Positions 25,801 through 40,305 of a DNA stretch of 64,000 bases are shown here, piece after piece (within the stretch, counting starts at the first letter, position 1; each line of letters begins with the position of its first letter). Under the pieces are notes generated by a model that was given only the letters and a program-made list of their open reading frames with translations, was not told the origin of the DNA and did no database searches. Source of the DNA: Octopus sinensis. Taxonomy: Eukaryota. Location: assembly GCF_006345805.1 (NCBI RefSeq), contig NC_043010.1:25606001-25670000 (forward strand), read 5' to 3'. The translations under genes were made by a program, and so were the position numbers.

Positions 25801-28773
25801 GAAGTTCACTTCCCAACCACAGGTAATGTCAATTTGATGAAGGGAACAAGCTTATGTGAACACAAAATTTTGATCACTATAAACAAATTATCTGTGTGGT
25901 TGTTCACTAGAGATTGCTGAACCCTCATACATCGTCTGATGATGGGAGAGTCCATGATGTGTGTGTGTGTGTGTCTAGAAGTATTTGTTTTTGAAAATGT
26001 ACATGAATTTGAAAAACGTGTAGTTGTTTATAAATAGATTTATTTACATACATACAAATTCTCCTATATTTTTTCCTGCATGGGAATACACCTCTTCATG
26101 CTATATGTATATTTATATTAATGCACACACACACACACACGCATGTATAAAGCGAGCTTCTACTCAATTTCTGTCTACCAAATTCCATTCACAAGAGGTT
26201 GGTCAGTCTGAGGCCATAATGGAAGAGACTTGCTCCTTACACTACCGTGCAGCAGGATTGAACTCATAAGTATGTGATTGTGTAGTGGACTTCTTAAACT
26301 CTACAGCTACACCTCCTTGTATGTGTATATATATATATATATATCAAACTTGATAATAATTTTAATCTAACCATTAAATTATATTCTTAAAACAGTTTTT
26401 TTCAGTTGCTACTTTCTTATAATTTTAAAAGTAAACCACTACTTTGATATATTGTTTTTCATTGAATAGTCACAGTAGAAAAAACCCCCCACAATAAATA
26501 GTAAATTGTTTAATTAAACACTTGTTAATTCTTACATTGGTTTCAAATTTTGACACAAGGCCAAAAATTTCAGGGGAGTAGACAAGTCAATTACATCAAC
26601 ACCAGCGCTCAACTGGTACTGCTTTTATCAACCTCAGTGCTCAACTGGCACTTCTTTTATATCAACCCCAAAAGGATGTAAGGCAAAGTCAACTTTGGTG
26701 AAATTTGAACCTAGAATGTAGAGACAGACTGGAGTGCCAATGATCCTGCCTGCTCACCACCTTTAATACCACTAAGTACTTTTGTTTGGCACAGGAATGA
26801 TTCCACCCCAGCTTACTACCTGATGTTAATTACATTCAGTATTTGCTATTAGATTTCATGTGACTATTCAAAGCCCACTAATAATTACCACATAATTGTT
26901 TTTCTCTTTATGAGAAAATGGTTGGTAGATTTGGCTATCGTAGCAGAAGGGTAAATTCACACACTAAATAATACCTTTCTAGTCTTTTGTTTTCAACTTT
27001 CTCAGTCAAAGTTGAAATCTCTACAAAAGTTCATGGAGTTTAGCAACAATATTTTTATCTTGATTGGTTTTACTTGCTTGTCAGAGTGCAACAGAGTTGT
27101 CAGAATATCATCATCATTGACATCGTCGTCATCGTCATCATCATCATCATCTTTTGACATCCACTTTTCTATGTTTGTGTGGATCTGATGTAATTTATTG
27201 AGGCAGATTTTTTTTTATCTGTTGCCAACCCTTCACCTGTCTCCTAGCGAGGTAATTTTTACCCTGGAAACCAGCATCTTTTGTACAATATCAAGACAAG
27301 GGTACACATACACACACAGACCCGTGTGTGTGTGTGTATCATCATCCTTTAATGTCCTTCCACTGGCATGGGTTGGATGTTTGACAGGAGCTAACAAGTC
27401 AGAGGACTGTACCAGAGTCCACTCTTTTCATTTTTTCATATGGCACCAACAGCAGTGAGGCCACCAAGTAACTTGCAAGAGAAGACTGCCCCTTCCCTCA
27501 ACTGAAGTAGGGGGTTGTATCGAGGAAGGTGGCTCTGCACCATGTGACAAGAAGATAAGGCAGGAACAAGGGGAACAGAAATAGATGTCTTGTGATAGAG
27601 AAGCTACATGGTTACCTCGGGGTGGAGAGAGATAAGATGGTGAAGATATGATGAGGCATATAAGTGGACCAGGGATTTGATAGGGTGAATGGGTGGGTAA
27701 GTTCATGAGGCTGAAAAGGGTGAGTGGGAAATGGAGGGGAGGAAGATATGTTGTGGGGGAAATATGAGATTGTATGCAGGTAGGTTTGTGAGGGGGGAGT
27801 GGGAGTTAGAGGGGAAGGAAATAAAGTGAGTGAGGGAGGAGGGGAAGTGTTGGGAAGATGGGATGTTGCAAGAGTTTGTTTGTCGGGGGGGGGAGGTATA
27901 TTGTGTGAGAGAAGCATGGACATAAAAGATGTGTGTTTTTGGCCTTGATTTTATTTAACTGGATAAGTTTTCTCAAACACAGCAAATTGCCAATTGTCTC
28001 AGTCCTATACCTTCCTAAGTCTTCCTCTTCCGCAGGTTCCTTCTACATTTGGAGATCAGCCATCTTCATCCACATGCATCACATGACCATACCACATGGG
28101 AGATAATGGAAAAACTATGTTATGTGGAAGTTCAACTACTTCCGGCATGAAAAAAAAAAAAAGAATTGACATGAATTCAGAAATCATCTCCTTCATTTTC
28201 GTTGTCCCTCTTGGTTCTGAGTTCAAACCCTGAGCAGGTCAACTTTGTCTTTCATACTCAAAGATCAACGAAATAATAATGTACCAGTCATATACTGATG
28301 ACTGATCCAATCAACTCCTACTCTCACCCTCCTCTAAACCAAATTGGCCTTGTGCATATAAGTAAAAAGAAAAGACAACAAAACAAAAAAAATCAATATT
28401 TCTTTATATGAAAACTTCCCCAATATGATATTTCAATTTTTGATTGTCCCATGACTATAGATCTCTTCTTTTTCTTCTTCTTTCTTTTCACATTCAATAG
28501 ACTTAATATTGTGCACTTATTTTGTTCTTTTCTTTCCATTTTCTATAGACTTTTACATATTTCGTTTATTTTAACGTTTTTCTTTTATAACTTGTCGATT
28601 GCCTTCCTTTATATGCAATCTTTTCTTACTTTGTAAGCTCTCGCATTTCATTTCATTTCACTTTTTCTTTCTTTTCTTCCTTTTTTTTTGACTTGTTTAT
28701 ATTCTCTTTTCAATTTGTCTTTATCTACAACAATAAGTTTTACATATATATGTGTTTGTTTGTGTGCAATTTA

Positions 28774-28805
<32 letters not shown>

Positions 28806-28836
28806 AAATATATAAGTATGTATGTATGTATAATTA

Positions 28837-28904
<68 letters not shown>

Positions 28905-29252
28905 GGTTATGTGTGTATGGTTATATTTTATATGTATAAATGCATGCATGTATGTATGTATATTCTGGAAAATTAACATGAATATGATAAGATAGCACAA
29001 AATACAAAATGTATTGAATCACTTGTTCACCAAAGCTGAACTTACTCTTTCCAACATTCTCTATTTCTCTGAAATTATAAATCTCTATGGGATTATATGT
29101 TGATGTTTGAACAATAACTGTCTTACAAAGGATCTAGCTTAAACTATAAGTTCTGGAAAATACATTGGTGTCTGCTTTTTCTACTGGCTTCAAACATAAA
29201 TAGAATACAACTGAACTAATAAGATCGTTGTTTATTATTATTATTATTATTA

Positions 29253-29295
<43 letters not shown>

Positions 29296-29927
29296 TCTTC
29301 TTCTTTAATGAACACTTTTGCTGTATAATAATAATAAAAGCTTTCACAAGGCGTCAGATATTTTTTTTTTAAAAAGAAGATTCTCAAATGGAAAATTTCA
29401 AACACTAACAATATCCGAACTGCCATTACCCAAGACAACAATTTCAAAATATAAATAAGCTGAATTTATTTTCTTTTTCCTTTTATCATCATTTGATTTT
29501 GTTGTTGTTGTTTTTTCATTTCTCATTGTTGCTTTTAGTATTTTTCTCTTTAATTTTCTCCTCCCACCCCACCCGTCCCTCCCACCTCTTGTGAGCTTCT
29601 GGTTGTTTTCATGGTTTCTCTTTTCAGTGTTTCAATTCAACTGGAAATGCTTTGTTTTCATTTTGTTTTTTGTTTTTTTTTTTTCTTTCCTTCTCTCTTC
29701 TCTCAGTCCATTTGTACTTTGTCTTATCCCAACTGAAACAGCTCACTTTGTCGTGAGAACAGCTAACAAATTTTCATTTAACTGCTTAATCAACTGGTTA
29801 GATGCCATCTTCCAAATAAATCTTAGCCTTTCCAAGACAAGAAGGAGACCTCTATGTGGCTGCTTGGCCCACTAGAAATAATAGTCAAATCTTCCTCAAA
29901 TCACAACCCCATCCCATCATCTTAAAT

Positions 29928-30316
29928 ATATTATCAAACACACATTCTCAGTGTATGTGCTTTGTTCACCAATAGGCTGCAATTTGGTGCAGTGGAGATG
30001 ATTCTGTCAAAAAGCTGGGTGTTAAAACACCTGAAAGTCATTGATAAGTAAGACAACTCACCCCAAATCCCATTTAGAAGCAATGGACATTGATGTTTTG
30101 CCATTTTCGTGGCTTATCAACATCACATTTCTGAACCAAATTGGTGGCGAACAAAATAGGCAGTCTAAGACTATATACAAATAGTGTAAAAAACCATTTC
30201 AGGTGACTTTCTGGTGTTTTAACACCCAACACTTCAATGAAGTCATCCCCACCGTACCGAACTGCAGCCAACTGGCAAACAAGCGGAGCACATGTGTTCT
30301 GTGTGTTTGATAATAT
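29928..30316. mobile_element. Degenerate MITE/foldback-like element with 113-bp terminal inverted repeats
   Basis: 29928-30040 versus reverse complement of 30204-30316: the outer 17 nt are identical (atattatcaaacacaca) and the inner tgggtgttaaaacacc.gaaagtca is nearly identical, with a diverged middle. Confidence 0.55.
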
Positions 30317-30447
30317 TTACAACACTAGCACTGCTTCTAATTCATATTTCAATATATACATATATATTTATATGTATAAATTAGAATAAAACCACCTTTT
30401 ATCAATTCAATAACGAAACATTAAATTATACCATTTATATATATATA

Positions 30448-31406
30448 TCATCATCATCATCATCATCGTTTAACGTCCGTTTTCCATGCTAGCACGGGTT
30501 GGACGGTTCGACCGGGGTCTGGGGAGCCAGGGGCTGCCACAGGCTCCAGTCTGATCTGGCAGTGTTTCCGCGAGTGTAGTGGGTGCTTTTTACGTGCCAC
30601 CTGCACAGGTGCCAGAGGGGTCTGGCATCGGCCACGATCGGTTGGTGCTTTTTTTATGTGCTACCGGCACAGAAGCCAGTCAAGGCGGTGCTGGCATCGG
30701 CCACGTTCGGATGGTGCTTTTTATGTGCCACCGGCACAGAAGCCATTCGAGGCAGGGTTGGCATCGGTCACGTTCGGATGGTGCTTTTTTATATGCCACC
30801 GGCACAGAAGCCAGTCGGGGTGGTGCTGGCATCGGCCACGTTCGGATGGTGCTTTTTATATGTCACCGGCACAGAAGCCATTCGAGGCGGGGTTGGCATC
30901 GGTTACGTTCGGATGGAACTTTTTATGTGCCACCGGCACAGAAGCCAGTGGAGGCTGCACTGGCAACGGCCACGTTCGGATGGTGCTGGCGGGGTTGGCA
31001 TCGGTCACGTTTGGATGGAGCTTTTTATGTGCCACCGGCACAGAAGCCAGTGGAGGCTGCACTGGCAATGGCCACATTCGGATGGTGCTTTTTATGTGTC
31101 ACCGGCACAGGTATCACAGCTACTGTTTCCATTGATATTTGGTTCGATTCTCATGTACATGCACTTGACTCAACAGGTCTCCTCAAGCACAGCGAGATGT
31201 TCCGGGATCCCACGATCGGTTGGTGCTTTTTATGTGCCACCAGCACAGAAGCCAGTCGAGGCGGTGCTGGCGTCGGCCATGGTCGGATGGTGCTTTTTAT
31301 GTGCCACCGGCACAGAAGCCAGTCGGGGCGGTGCTGGCATCGGCCACGTTCGGATGGTGCTTTTTATGTGCCACCGGCACAGAAGCCATTCGAGGCGGGG
31401 TTGGCA
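30448..31406 (-). mobile_element. RTE 3'-UTR-derived element with expanded ~67-bp minisatellite (~12 units)
   Basis: catcatcatcgtttaacgtccg... tail followed by units ggtgctttttatgtgccaccggcacagaagccaKtcgaggcggKgYtggcatcggYcacgttcggat starting at ~30582, 30644, 30713, 30780, 30848, 30915, 30982 (partial), 31017, 31084 (truncated), 31222, 31289 and 31356. Confidence 0.88.
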
Positions 31407-31456
<50 letters not shown>

Positions 31457-31527
31457 CATATATACATATATATATATATGTGTGTATATATGTATACGTG
31501 TGCGTGTATATATATACACGTATATAT

Positions 31528-32006
31528 CACCTTGATATATACCACCTTGACCGACCAGTCCGTCGGGTGTCCATTTGACACCGCTGGTCACACCACACTG
31601 TCCACTCCTCTCTGGATTGCGCCTTTCTCATCCACATGATCCCAATTGTCCTCCTGAAATCGTAACTCCACCGTCGTGGAGGCCTTCCAGGTGGTCGTTT
31701 CCACTTTCGCGGGTACAACTTGACAACTGCGCGAGTCCACCAATTATCGGTGAGCTGGACGATGTGTCCAGCCCATCTAAATTTGCTGCGTGTATACTCT
31801 GCGATGACATCCCTCACGCCGACCTCATCAACAGTACAGTTCTACCTGCAATGTTATATGGTAGTGAAACATGGGCTACCACAAAGAGAGAAGAGCAGAG
31901 ACTGGTAATGGCTCAAAGAGCCATGGAAAGGTCAATGCTTGGTATCTCGTTGAGAGAGCACATCAGTAGCAAAATCATCAGAAAGAAGTCCGGCGTGAGG
32001 GATGTC
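31528..32006 (-). mobile_element. Second-family RTE LINE insertion with 5' inversion and 16-bp TSD
   Basis: 31817-31528 (-) encodes VRDVIAEYTRSKFRWAGHI...GRPPRRW; 31816-32006 (+) encodes the preceding ...VLPAMLYGSETWA...KKSGVRDVI. TSD atatacacgtatatat lies at 31512-31527 and 32007-32022. Confidence 0.9.
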
Positions 32007-34329
32007 ATATACACGTATATATATACACATATATAGATATAGATATACATATATATATATATAATATATATATATATATTATATTATATATATATATGCT
32101 GACATGGGTTGGATGGTTCAATAGGAGCCGGCCAGGTAGAAGACTACCTCAGGCTACTCCATCTGTTTTGATAGAGTTTTTACAGCAGGATGCCTTCCTA
32201 ACACCAACCACCCTGCACAGAGTCAGTTTTGGCATGTTTTTTACAGATGGATACCCTTCCAAATGCCAACCGCTTCACAGTGTGGCCTGGATGCTTTTAT
32301 AAATTAGTCCTTGGTACATTATGTTTAAAACTAAAGCAATTCAATTACAGCTAGAATACCTTGGTTGTAGGTCTGCTGTATATGGAGGTGCAAGGCTTTG
32401 TGATAGGGGTATTGGACTTCATGATCATAAGAATGTTGTTTTCAGTTCCTGGACTGGCTGATGCAGTTTATTCTTGGGCAAACCCCATCATTTCACATTA
32501 CTTCAGTTTGCTCAACTTCTAAAAATGAGTATTCCTGCAATGGACTGGCATCCAGTCCAGGGAGGAATATATTCACCTGAGAAACTGGGAAACTAACCCA
32601 ATGGTCCTTACAGAATAATGTAGACTAACCATAGGTTTGCTGTGTCAGGGCTGACCTGGGGCTAAACAACAGCAGCAACATTACATACAAGAACCAAAGG
32701 AAACACTCTGTAATCACTTTCACTGTTAGACATGCACTAGGTGCTAGATCAGGAATTTCTAAGTCCTTGTGCATATACTGGATGTCTGTTGACACTTCTG
32801 ATTTCACCTGCCCTTTGGCAGGTCTTGTTTTTCATCCCGTGGGTTGTCCAAAAACCTCCCTTTTCATCAAACAGGTTTGGTGATGTTGCCAGTTTATTCA
32901 CCAACAGCCCAACCATGCAACAGGTTCTCTTAGGTGACATGTTGTCAGTAGCATTCAAGAGCAACCTGCTTTTAATACATATGTTTTTATTGTTTGTTTT
33001 ATTTTTTACTTGTTTCAGTCATTAGACAGCGGCCATACTGGAGCACTCCATTTCAAAGCATGTTAGTTGATTGAATTAACCCCAGTATTTATATTTTTTG
33101 AAGTTTGTTACTTATTCCGTTGGTCTCATTTGTCAAACTGCTGAGTTACAGGGATGTAAGCAAACCAACACCAGTTGTCAACTAGTTGTGGGGGGACAGA
33201 CACAAAGATACACAAACACACACGCACACACACACACTCAAAGACACACACACACAAAGACACACTCACACACAAAGACACACATACACAAAGACACACA
33301 CACACACAAAAAGACGCACACACACACACACACACAAATACACACACACACACGCACAAAGATACACACGCACAAAGATACACACGCACAAAGATACACA
33401 CGCACAAAGATACACACGCACACAACAGGCTTTTTCTAGTTTCTGTCTTCGAAATCCACTCACAAGGCTTTGGTTGACCCAAAGCTATTGTAGAAAACAC
33501 TTGCCCAAGGTGCCACACAGGTGGTCTGGTGCTCCAATGACTGCCAGTTTGCTGTCTATTGCCATTTCACCAACTTCAGTTTTAAGAAACAAGATTATGT
33601 CTTAACTACAAATGTAGAAACTTGTTTTCCTCTGGTCTTTTATCTTTTATTTATTTTTCAGTCATTAAACTGTGGCCATGCTGGGGCACCACCTTGAAGA
33701 ATTTTTAGTCGAATGAATTGACCCCAGAACTTTTCATTCTTTTTAAAGACTGGTACTTATTTTATTGGTTTCTTTTGCTAAACTGCTATGTTACGGAGAC
33801 ATAAACACACCAACACCAGTTGTGAAGTGGTGACAGGGGAACAAACACAAACACAAAGACACACACTTATAGATATATAAATATATGATGGGCTTCTTTC
33901 AGTTTCCATCTGCCAAATCCACTCATAAGGCTTTGGTCAGCCCAAGGTTTATAGTAAGAAGATACCTGCCCAAAGTGCCACACAGTGGGACTGAACCCAG
34001 AACCATGTGGTTGGGAAGCAAACTTCTCACCATACAGCCACGACTCCTGCACCTATCTCCATTTCACAAATATACATTGTTCTTTATTAAATTTCAAATC
34101 TTATTCATGATTTCATTTTCCACCAAAATTACAGTTTTCAATTCAACCTCACCCAATTCCTTTATCAGGTCATACCAACAATCCTGGTCATATTGACATG
34201 TCTTAGATATAATAATGTAATGTGCGCTCTCCGTATGCATTCCATCAAGCAAATGTCCATCTTACACAATATACTTCTAATTAGAATGTCATTCTTACTC
34301 TATAGACATTGTTAGTAACTGCATTACTC

Positions 34330-34990
34330 ACTTGACTATTACAGTCTTTCTTTTCCCAATTCTCCTTTTGCTCCAACTGATCTGTGGCATTTACCACTAA
34401 GGTTCAATTGAGTTATTCTTCTCACATTTTTGCCCGGTTTCTGTCTATCTTAATGCTTCTTTCTTTTTCCATTCCATCTTATTAATTCTTACCAAGCAGT
34501 ATCCTAAAAACATCTTATGCATCTTATTTCATACCCACTCACTAACTTTCCTATCCTGTTTGTATCAAACCACTCCTAGCATCATACATGTAACATTTGT
34601 CTCACACTGATCTGATTTTGTCAATACACACAAATAGGAAAAACCTGCTTCCAAAGAATCCAGCACTTTCTATAAGAATTCCACCATTCATTTTGCTCAT
34701 TCATTCATTATCTTATAACATCCATCTGTCTCAGTTTGATAATGGGAGACACTTTCCATAACATAGGTTTGAGCAGGTTGTTATGGAGATCTTGGATTGT
34801 CTGGGCACCCCTTGGCCTTGACAATGTTGTGATCCAAAAACAATCCAGATGACAATAAATCTAACACCAGTTTGGCTTCAGGGCAAGTAATTTGAAGGAA
34901 CTTGCCTATGAAGGAACACAATGCAATGGCTACTGCAGTGTACTTCCCTGTCCTTTTAACCTTTCTACCAGTCAACAAAACCCTCATTAA
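34330..34990 (-). mobile_element. Heavily decayed RTE-like RT fragment
   Basis: Minus-strand remnants such as MLGVVWYKQDRKVSEWV resemble RTE 'MLGVTLRDRIRNEWIR'; many stops. Confidence 0.35.
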
Positions 34991-37549
34991 GTGTTTTTGC
35001 TTCTATCAAACAGCTTTAGTTCAGTTTAAAACTCTTTTATGTAAATATATTCTGGCATACCAATTCCTCCAAACTCATAATCTCTCCATTCTCCTGAGCT
35101 CTTTTTACACACTGATTCAATTAATGTTGATTTCTTTTGAGTAAATCAGGTTTTGTGAATTTCTAGGCATTTTTTTCCCCTTTTTTAATTATTTATTTCC
35201 TTTTAGCAGCAAGAGAAGAATAATTACAGTCTGTTGTAATGTATCTGAGAATATTATTGATAGATATTTTATCTACCTTGCCAGACCTACAGCAAGGTAT
35301 GGACTCAGAACATTCAAGTATTGAACTGGATTAACATAATGTCTACTATACTGTTTTCCTTTCTTCTCTCTCTCTCTCTCTCTCACTCACTCACACATCT
35401 TCATTACGCTGTCTTCTACATCTGAAATGAATAAACACTGGCCAAATATGGGAGCATTTATGCAGTTGTTTGACCTACTAGAAATAGCAGCCAAATCTCC
35501 TTCAAAGCATGCCTTACTGGTTTAAAACAAGGATACATTGGATTATGCATTTCCAGATGTATTATGCATTGACATGGAATGGTCATAACTGGAGCTTCTT
35601 TAATCATAGGTCTGGTCAGTCAGAACAGACCTGGACTTAAACAAAAACAATCCACTTTCATGAGCTGCTTGACATGTTGATTTTTTTGTGGGCTACGATT
35701 AAACATTTCCTACACTGTTGCCACATTCTCCACTGATTGGAATGTGGTTGGATGGCCACTTCTTGCATCATTCACAAAACTTTTCTGAAGCAAAACACAC
35801 CATCATCTCTGAACCAAAACAATAGAATTCCACACTTCATAGCATGCTGTGATGTTAATTCGCCCCTGAACAGTCAAGTGACTGGCTGTCAGGGAAATAA
35901 GAAATAAGACAATAAAATAGGAAATCCCCATTAATGTTGTTTGTTTAAAAAATGTTTACATCATGACTTCAGTGACACTAAAAATTCTACAAGCAATTTC
36001 TAATGCCTCATTTCTTTCCAGCCACCCTGTATATATATATATATATATTATATATATATATATATGTATGTATATGTGTGTGTGATGGGCTTCTTTCAGT
36101 TTTTGTCAGTCAAATCAACTCACAAGGCTTTGGTCAGCCCAAGGTTATAGTAGAAGACACTCGCCACGCAGTGGGACTGAACCTGGAACCATGCGGTTAG
36201 GCAGCAAACTTTTTACCAGACAGTCACTCCTGTATCCATACTCTCTCTGATGGGTACCAGAGACTGAAGATCTATGAATTGAGGTGTCATAGTCTTTCAT
36301 TTGTTCTAGGCATTGTACTGTGGCCATGCTGGAGCACTACTTTGATGGATTTAGCTGAACAAATCAACCCTAGTTTTTATTCTATCAGTCTCTTTTGCAA
36401 AACCACTAAGTTACAAGGATGTAAACAAACCAACACTAATTGTCAAGTGATGGTGGTGGCAAAGCAAGCACACACACACAAACACACATATATAACAGGC
36501 TTCCACACAGTTTCCATTTACCAAATTTAATCACAAGATACATTAGAAGACTTATCCGAAGTGCCATGCAACAGAACTGAACCTGGAACCATGTGGTTGG
36601 GAAGCAAACTTCTGCCACACAGCCATGGTTGCACCTATAAATGTTTTTTTTCTTGAAAAATAATTCCATAAAAGCAACAACATTATTTTCAAACATAAAT
36701 AATAGAGTAAAACATGTTTTTTTAAATAGCCCTTTTTTTCCTACAAGTAATTGAGCTTTTATGTAATATTTATTTAGATTGAAATTTTTAAATATTGCAT
36801 TTCAGAAATAATTTTATCTATATGGGATTTATAAAAAAAATATTTCTGAAAAATTTGAACATTATATATAATTTATATAAAAACAGATAATATTTAAAGT
36901 TTTAAACATTATTTAGTTTAATGGGTCTACAATTTAGTTCATCATCATCATCATCATCACCATTACCACCATCATCATCATCAACACCACCATCTTCATC
37001 ATCATCATCATCATCATTATCATCATCGTTTTCATGCCCACTTTTCCATGCTTTCTATGGCCAGATGTTCACTTGTTTCCAAGCAAGGTAATATTTCCCC
37101 CATGACCAGACATGTTTCCATGGAAGATTTGCAATGAACTCATATGACTGTGTCAGACACACACACACACATACATAACTGTATGATGGTTGCCTTGGGT
37201 TTTCAAATAACAGCTAATTCACTATGGTGAGATATCTATCTGTCTGTGTGTCATTTGATTTAGGTGACAAAAGTTTGTGCAGGTTGCCATAGAAGGTTCC
37301 AGTGACAAGCATTGCAAGATGACCGATACTGTTTTGACAGTAAGAGCTACCCTCCCCATGGATTTGTTGAAAATTTACAGGTTCTTCCTCTACCTTAGGG
37401 AACAATCTATTTAACCCAGGTATTACTGTTCCTGGGTCAGAATGGACCTGGGAGTAACGGTAATTAAGGGCTGACTCCATACTTCCCACAACTCTGGAAT
37501 TCCTAAACTGGAGTCTCAACACCGGATGCAGTTTAGTGTGATACCCAGG

Positions 37550-37777
37550 ATATACATACTTGCACACATGCACATATACACACACACATACATACACACA
37601 CACATACATACTTACATACATGCATACACATACATATGCATACATGCACATACATGCATACACACATACATATATACGTACATACATACAGACATACATG
37701 CATACACATACATACACATACATGCATACACACATACATATATATGCACATACAGACATACATGCATACGCATACAC

Positions 37778-37808
<31 letters not shown>

Positions 37809-38070
37809 AACACATACATGCATACACATACAAACACATACATGCATACACACATATAAACATACATACACACACACTCATACATGCATACACACATACA
37901 TACTCACATACACACATACACATACATACATACATACATACAGTTGCATTTACATACATACACACACACACATACATACATACACATATATATACATACA
38001 TACACACAGACATACATACACACACACATACATACATGCATACATACATATATACATACATACATATGCA
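37550..38070. repeat. Compound (CA)/(CATA)n microsatellite tract (representative; similar tracts at ~330-660, 5020-5240, 39140-39660, 62185-62480 (GATA/GACA), 63420-63800 (GAT/GGT))
   Basis: Directly visible low-complexity sequence; it generates the spurious H/T/Y/I and C/V/Y/M ORFs in the track. Confidence 0.95.
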
Positions 38071-38719
38071 CAATGTGCTTTATGAAGTTTATGTAGTCTA
38101 CCAAATCCACTCATAAGGCTTTGGTCGCCCTGTAGCTACAGTAGAAGACACGTGCCCAAGGTGCCATGCAGTGGGACTGAACCTAACCTGGAACCATGTT
38201 GTTGGGAAGCAAGCTTCTTGCCACACACACACACACACACACACACACTCCACCTTTATTTAAAAGTGTCATACATGACGCTAATTTCCATTGTTTTTGT
38301 GATTTCAATACAAGTTTGGTTTTTTATTGCTTTGTTTTTGTTTTTCTTTTTTTTCTTACACTTCATTCTAACGACCTACCTCTGAATTATTTAAAATAGA
38401 AACATTGATGCAGTTTATAATTCAGGTCACTTTCAGTTTTGATGGAGAAGGTAGAGGCAGTTTTTAATTTTTTTTTAAATGCTGTTTGAAAAATTTCGCT
38501 CCTCTTCCTTTCACTCCCTTAAACTTCTATAGACAGAGGAGGTATATCGATTATTTGTATATTGTATTTGCTTGCCTGCCTGGTTGGCCGGCTGGCTGGC
38601 TGGCTCAACTCTCTTCAGCTTAACTAAAAATTAATTCTCTGAAAGTATTTCAATCCGTATTTAGCTCTCAAAATTTTTTTTTATTTTATTTATTTTTCTC
38701 CAAATTCTTTTTTCTTTAC

Positions 38720-38875
38720 CTTCCCCCTCCCCTTCTTCTTGAGTTCTGTATTCTGCTCCTGATATCTATGGCCTACATTTACTGTCAAGTCCACTAAATC
38801 CATCTCATCTTCTTCCAATGCTGCCGCATCACAAACACCACCACCACCACCATTTCTTATCCCTCGCCCTGCCAT
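38720..38875 (-). CDS. Candidate first coding exon of an unidentified gene
   Basis: ATG at 38875 gives MAGRGIRNGGGGGVCDAAALEEDEMDLVDLTVNVGHRYQEQNTELKKKGRGK followed by AAG|gtaaag donor; non-repetitive context. No downstream exon was identified. Confidence 0.25.
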
Positions 38876-39236
38876 CCCATCGCACCCACCGGATCTACAG
38901 CCATCCAATAGTCACCTGATATTCATCCAAGCTTGTACATCAATCTGCCTAAAGAACTGACAACTGCTGCTGTTTTGAAATTTTTTTTTTTTGCTGTTCC
39001 CCTGCCCCTACCAATGCACACCCACCACCACTAACAACAACAAAAACAGCTCTACTCAAATCTCTCTCTCTCTCTCTTTCACTCCCTCTCGCTCTCATTC
39101 CCTTCTACATTTCTGTGTCTTTATCCCTTTTTGTCTTACACACACACACACACACATATACATACACACACACACACAAATATATATACACACACACACA
39201 TATATATACATATATGTATGTATATATATGTATATA

Positions 39237-39296
<60 letters not shown>

Positions 39297-39443
39297 CACA
39301 TGTCAGCATGGAACATGGACATTAAATGGTGATATGTGCATGTGTGTACATATATAAATATATATATATATATATACACACACACATGCACATACACATA
39401 CATGTGCACATATATATACATATACATACATATACATATACAT

Positions 39444-39493
<50 letters not shown>

Positions 39494-39536
39494 ATACATA
39501 CATGCATATGCATAAATATCTACTGATATATATGTA

Positions 39537-39587
<51 letters not shown>

Positions 39588-39593
39588 ATGAAC

Positions 39594-39625
<32 letters not shown>

Positions 39626-40248
39626 GCGCGCACACACATATATGTACATATGTGTGTGAGAGAGAGTGTGTATTTTATTAATCCTTTAAACAACTTCCTT
39701 GTCTAGAAAGTGATTCACAGATTCAATAGTGGTAATATTTTAACTGAAGAACCAACCAAACCTAAACCATTCTCTCTCTCTCTCTCTCTCCCTCTCTCTC
39801 TCCTACACACTCACATACACACAAGCTTCTAGCTTTCACTAATTTAACAGTTATCTTTTTGTTCTGTATTTTTTTGTTCTTTTCATCCCAAATGACAGTT
39901 GCTAGTAGGTAAGAGTGGACAAAAGGAATGAGTGGCTTCACACACACACAGTTTTGTCATTTTGTTTTTGTTCTTTTTATTTTGGCCTTTTTTCATTTTA
40001 TTTTCATCTCTTTTTTCTCTTTTTTTTGGTCTTTTCTTTCTTGGACTGTTTGTATATGTCACAAACAAGATCAGCAACCAATTATTGCTGCTACCTATAG
40101 CCAGCAGCAGTAACAGCAAAGCATTTGGCATTTAATTAAATAAGAAATATTACTGACATATTGCAAACAAAGTTTACATTGAAATCTCCATCATTACAAT
40201 GATGATCTTGATGCCAATGATGATGATCATTGTGATGACTTCTGTTAA

Positions 40249-40305
<57 letters not shown>

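Noticed and set aside
29707-29875. Plus-strand open frame after a strong pyrimidine tract (PFVLCLIPTETAHFVVRTANK...)
   Set aside because: No recognisable homology, and the downstream part runs into a SINE-like repeat; insufficient support.
30582-31406. CRISPR-like appearance of the 67-bp array
   Set aside because: The units are repeated along their full length with no unique spacers, there are no cas genes, and the array is part of a eukaryotic RTE 3' UTR.
30579-31578. Long ORFs of 318 and 331 aa
   Set aside because: They are translations of the tandem array and the adjoining (TA)n; stop-free by repeat composition.
34781-34987. 68-aa minus-strand ORF as a host exon
   Set aside because: It lies within a decayed RTE-like remnant.
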